In this document: positions 52,344 through 59,552 of the stretch, piece by piece
Layout of the letters: each line of letters starts with the position of its first letter
Position numbering within the stretch: the first letter of the stretch is position 1
DNA from: Bigelowiella natans CCMP2755
Lineage: Eukaryota > Protista > Cercozoa
Direction: 5' to 3'
DNA: 59,552 bases
Assembly (NCBI GenBank): GCA_000320545.1
Contig: ADNK01002329.1
Span: forward strand, 1-59,552
Position numbers and translations under genes: made by a program
Notes under the pieces: model-generated
What the model was told of the DNA's origin: nothing
What the model saw: only the letters and a program-made list of their open reading frames with translations
The model's database searches: none

Positions 52344-53601
52344 TTTGATTACTTTGAAGTTGGAAGATTTGTTCTGATTCGTACTCCAGGTAACCTATTG
52401 CACACCCTCACATCATCCACTGTTTCTGTGACATCATGATCATCAAACTCTGCTTCCATTGCTTTTGTTGTTGTTGCTACTGCTGCTGCTTTCCCCCTTT
52501 TTGATGATGCAGCAGCTTCTGATGTCGATGCCGAACCAGTATTTGCAGAACTATTACTTACTTTCATCTTTCTCTTCAAATAATTGGAGAGCTGTTTCAT
52601 CATATCGCTTTTCGTCTGAGGAAGATCCAGTTGAAGGGCACTAAAGTTTCCTGGAGGAAGCTTCGGATACGCTTCCATCATAGCTTGGAGATGTGCTTCT
52701 GCTTGCTCGTATTTACCCTGCTTCTCAAAGGCTTCGACAACGAGACTATATGCCTCTTTTGGGATTTTTTCGAATCGGGATTGCATATCTTTGAATACAA
52801 AAGAAGCACCCTCAGCTTCGTATGACTGGCAAAGATACTCCAGAGCAGCCATGTAGTCCTCCATACTGCAATTGTGCCCATCCTCAACTGCTTCTAGAAC
52901 CCGAAGTACCAACTGTTGTATTAGATGATACAGGTTATTGGACAACGAGGTGCGGTTTCATTTCGATAGAATTACTTGAAATTAATACGCACTATAAGTA
53001 ACTACCTACTATGCGAAAGCAATATTACCTGCGTCCTATTGCTGCCAAGGTGGCCCCAGTTTGCCTGCACCTTCAGTCCAAACTCATCTCTGTAATGACC
53101 ACCATTCTCAGATGTGGAGCAAGCGGTAAACTCATTTTGTCGTAGTTCTTGCTGGTGTCCTTTTTGGTTGTGCGTATTATTATTGGAGATAGGGTTATCG
53201 GAAGAGGAGGAGGAGGGGTTGTTATTTTCTTCGTCGTCTGTAGCAGTAGCAGAAGTACTAGTCAAACTATTTTTTCCTTCCTTCAGGTTCGCTTCTCTTG
53301 ATCTATTGGTCCCAGTTTCATCGCGAACACAGCCTCCCCGTGATACAGTAACTGTGCGGATAGCTCTTGCTTTCCAAGTATGCGTGCGTCTAGGAGTCAG
53401 AAATAATAATGCGTTGGCGGCATTGCTGTTTTGAATAATTCCATCATGTGATGATGATGTTGACGACAAAAGGAGGGAAAGAAGAGCTACGATGAGAAAC
53501 GTGGATAGCAGCCACAATTCATAAGAGATCCTCCTCCTCCTTCTTTTGGTAGCCCTGGGCCTGGGAAGTGCATAACTCGGATTCTCTGCTTCCTCTTTCA
53601 T
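50183..53601 (-). CDS. PPR-like repeat protein with a signal-plus-transit leader (probably plastid or periplastid targeted), about 4 exons
   Basis: Basic N-terminus, hydrophobic LWLLSTFLIVALLSLLL, and a transit-like region ending ..TVSRGG. NRTQ|LVLRVLE joins in phase. Two helical repeats of about 35 aa: YMAALEYLCQSYEAEGASFVFKDM and YSLVVEAFEKQGKYEQAEAHLQAM. The long last exon has no recognised domain. Confidence 0.65.
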
Positions 53602-53821
53602 GTGTCGTCAAGACAGGAACTGGAATTGCGATTTGGGAGATCTATCTACTCGTATCTGTCTTTCATCAGGGACGAGGATTGCATGCACACAGTTATTATT
53701 ATTATTATTATTATTATGACTCATTCTTTCCTCTCTTACTCGTTGTCATGGTAGATGATGAATGGTTGATCTGTTTACTACTACTTCTCCTCCTCCTTCT
53801 CCTCCTCCTCCTTCTCCTCCT

Positions 53822-53846
53822 CCTAGATCTAGTAGATCTAGATCTA
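53822..53846. promoter_or_regulatory. Second TAGATCTA cluster in a divergent promoter
   Basis: CCTAGATCTAGTAGATCTAGATCTA (three TAGATCTA copies) between the ATGs at 53601 (-) and 53972 (+). Confidence 0.55.
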
Positions 53847-53971
53847 ATAAGAACTACTACTACTACTACAAACTATTTTTTTTACCATAAAATGACATGT
53901 AATTACATGTTACGACTTGATTCAAATCAACAGTTTCAACAAAAATCGCAGTGCATCTTCCTTCTTCAAAT

Positions 53972-57751
<3,780 letters not shown>

Positions 57752-57753
57752 GT

Positions 57754-57794
<41 letters not shown>

Positions 57795-58144
57795 GTAAGC
57801 TGATGGATGACGTCATGTTAATGCCATCAAAAGGGCTAGTTAGGGCGGGGAATGGTGATGATGGGGATAATGATAGGCAAGGGAAACAGATATAACAACA
57901 ATAGATATGTCAAGTGTCAATTAGTATATGAATAACATAATACTTGGTAATTGTGTGCAATGGCAAATTGAGAGAGGAAGCAGCAGCAGCATGAATGTGG
58001 TCACTAAAACACGCACAACACATACAAACACGCGCGAGCAGTAACAATTTAATACATCTTCCTCTTCAGAGGCTCTATACTGTGGATGATGATGATGATG
58101 ATACAGGTCAAGAGAGAGAGAGAGGGGGGGGAGTGGGGGAAAGA

Positions 58145-58249
<105 letters not shown>

Positions 58250-58312
58250 AGAGGAGTAGTGGTGGTGGTGGTGGTGGTGTAGACCAGAGTATGAGATGTA
58301 TGTGACGACGAC

Positions 58313-58351
<39 letters not shown>

Positions 58352-58753
58352 GTATACGACACGCAAGCTCGCGCTATTCACGATTACCGATGAATCTTTT
58401 CTCCATTCAATCAAATAGTGAGTTATGTTACCATAATCATTAAATGAGCAATATAGTAAATTAGTAAGTACAACGAACAACAAAACAAAATGTGTTGTTG
58501 GTAGGATGATGTACTTGTTACCACAACACATCACTCTTTAGTGTTTCTCGCCAACAAAAAAAACAATTAAAACTCTTTCTGATGTTTGTCGATACATCAT
58601 ATGTTGTTGTTTTCAGATGCTGCTTCGGTGTTTACAGAGATGGTGGAGGCTTCTTCTTCTTCTTCTTCTTCTACTACTACTACTTCTTCCTCTCTCTTCT
58701 ATCCAACAGTACTTGTTACCCATCTGAAAACAAGCTTTCATGGTAGAAACAGA

Positions 58754-58802
<49 letters not shown>

Positions 58803-58998
58803 CGTCTTAAGAATGAAATATGAATGATAGTGATGCTGATGATGATGATAATGATCATGCACTCAGTAGGATTAATGTATATAAAGTTAGTTTCTAATCA
58901 TCAATCACTACAATATATTTATTTGTTCTCTGATTTGTTTGAATATGTTGATTTTATGCTTTTTGAATGCGTTGGTTCTCTTCATAGATGGGTTTGCT

Positions 58999-59543
58999 GT
59001 GTTGCTGCTGTGTTGCTACTGTTTGCGTTGCTCTTAATTTCAGTTTGTGTTGCTGCTGTGTTGCTACTGTTTGCGTTGCTCTTAATTTCAGTTTGTGTTG
59101 CTGCTGTGTTGCTACTGTTTGCGTTGCTCTTAATTTCAGTTTGTGTTGCTGCTGTGTTGCTACTGTTTGCGTTGCCCCTTAATTTCAGTTTGTGTTGCTG
59201 CTGTGTTGCTACTGTTTGCGTTGCTCTTAATTTCAGTTTGTGTTGCTGCTGTGTTGCTACTGTTTGCGTTGCTCTTAATTTCAGTTTGTGTTGCTGCTGT
59301 GTTGCTACTGTTTGCGTTGCTCTTAATTTCAGTTTGTGTTGCTGCTGTGTTGCTACTGTTTGCGTTGCTCTTAATTTCAGTTTGTGTTGCTGCTGTGTTG
59401 CTACTGTTTGCGTTGCTCTTAATTTCAGTTTGTGTTGCTGCTGTGTTGCTACTGTTTGCGTTGCTCTACGACACGATACATAGGCTATCGAAGTGTGCTA
59501 CGGTTTGCGTTGCTCTTAATTTCAGTTTGTGTTGCTGCTGTGT
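58999..59543. repeat. 48-bp tandem minisatellite (about 10 near-identical copies plus an interrupted partial copy)
   Basis: Unit TGTTGCTGCTGTGTTGCTACTGTTTGCGTTGCTCTTAATTTCAGTTTG. One copy is 49 bp, and the array is interrupted at about 59467-59495. Confidence 0.95.
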
Positions 59544-59552
59544 ACTACTACT

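Noticed and set aside
58824-59483. 219-aa hydrophobic or Cys-rich ORF
   Set aside because: It is simply the translation of the 48-bp repeat and shifts frame at the 49-bp unit.
58999-59543. CRISPR array
   Set aside because: The units are contiguous with no unique spacers, there are no cas genes, and the context is eukaryotic.

Overview
Eukaryotic nuclear DNA: gene-dense and intron-rich, with introns full of compound microsatellites ((CA)n, (TA)n, (GA)n, (AGT)n, (ATG)n). By splicing exons by hand I reconstruct about 13 genes. In order: a REJ/GAIN-GPS/7TM receptor (5' partial), a large ankyrin/AT-hook-like protein, EME1, CFAP157, a SPRY+EF-hand+TSP1 protein, a 9-finger C2H2 protein, an AGC-type kinase, a small unknown gene, a GrxB-type glutaredoxin, an Omp85/Toc75-OEP80 family beta-barrel, a partial J-domain protein, a PPR-like protein and a TPR protein (3' unresolved). 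Signal-plus-transit leaders on plastid-type proteins together with a flagellar gene suggest a flagellated alga with a secondary plastid, chlorarachniophyte-like; this is an inference. The most striking feature is architectural. The genes alternate strand at every junction. Tail-to-tail junctions carry 0.6-0.9 kb non-coding tracts rich in alternating purine-pyrimidine palindromes, and two head-to-head junctions carry TAGATCTA palindrome clusters. A roughly 1.5 kb segment at 33-34.6 kb is strongly TpA-depleted, like a hypermutated repeat relic. All gene models are manual and have not been checked against RNA-seq or databases.
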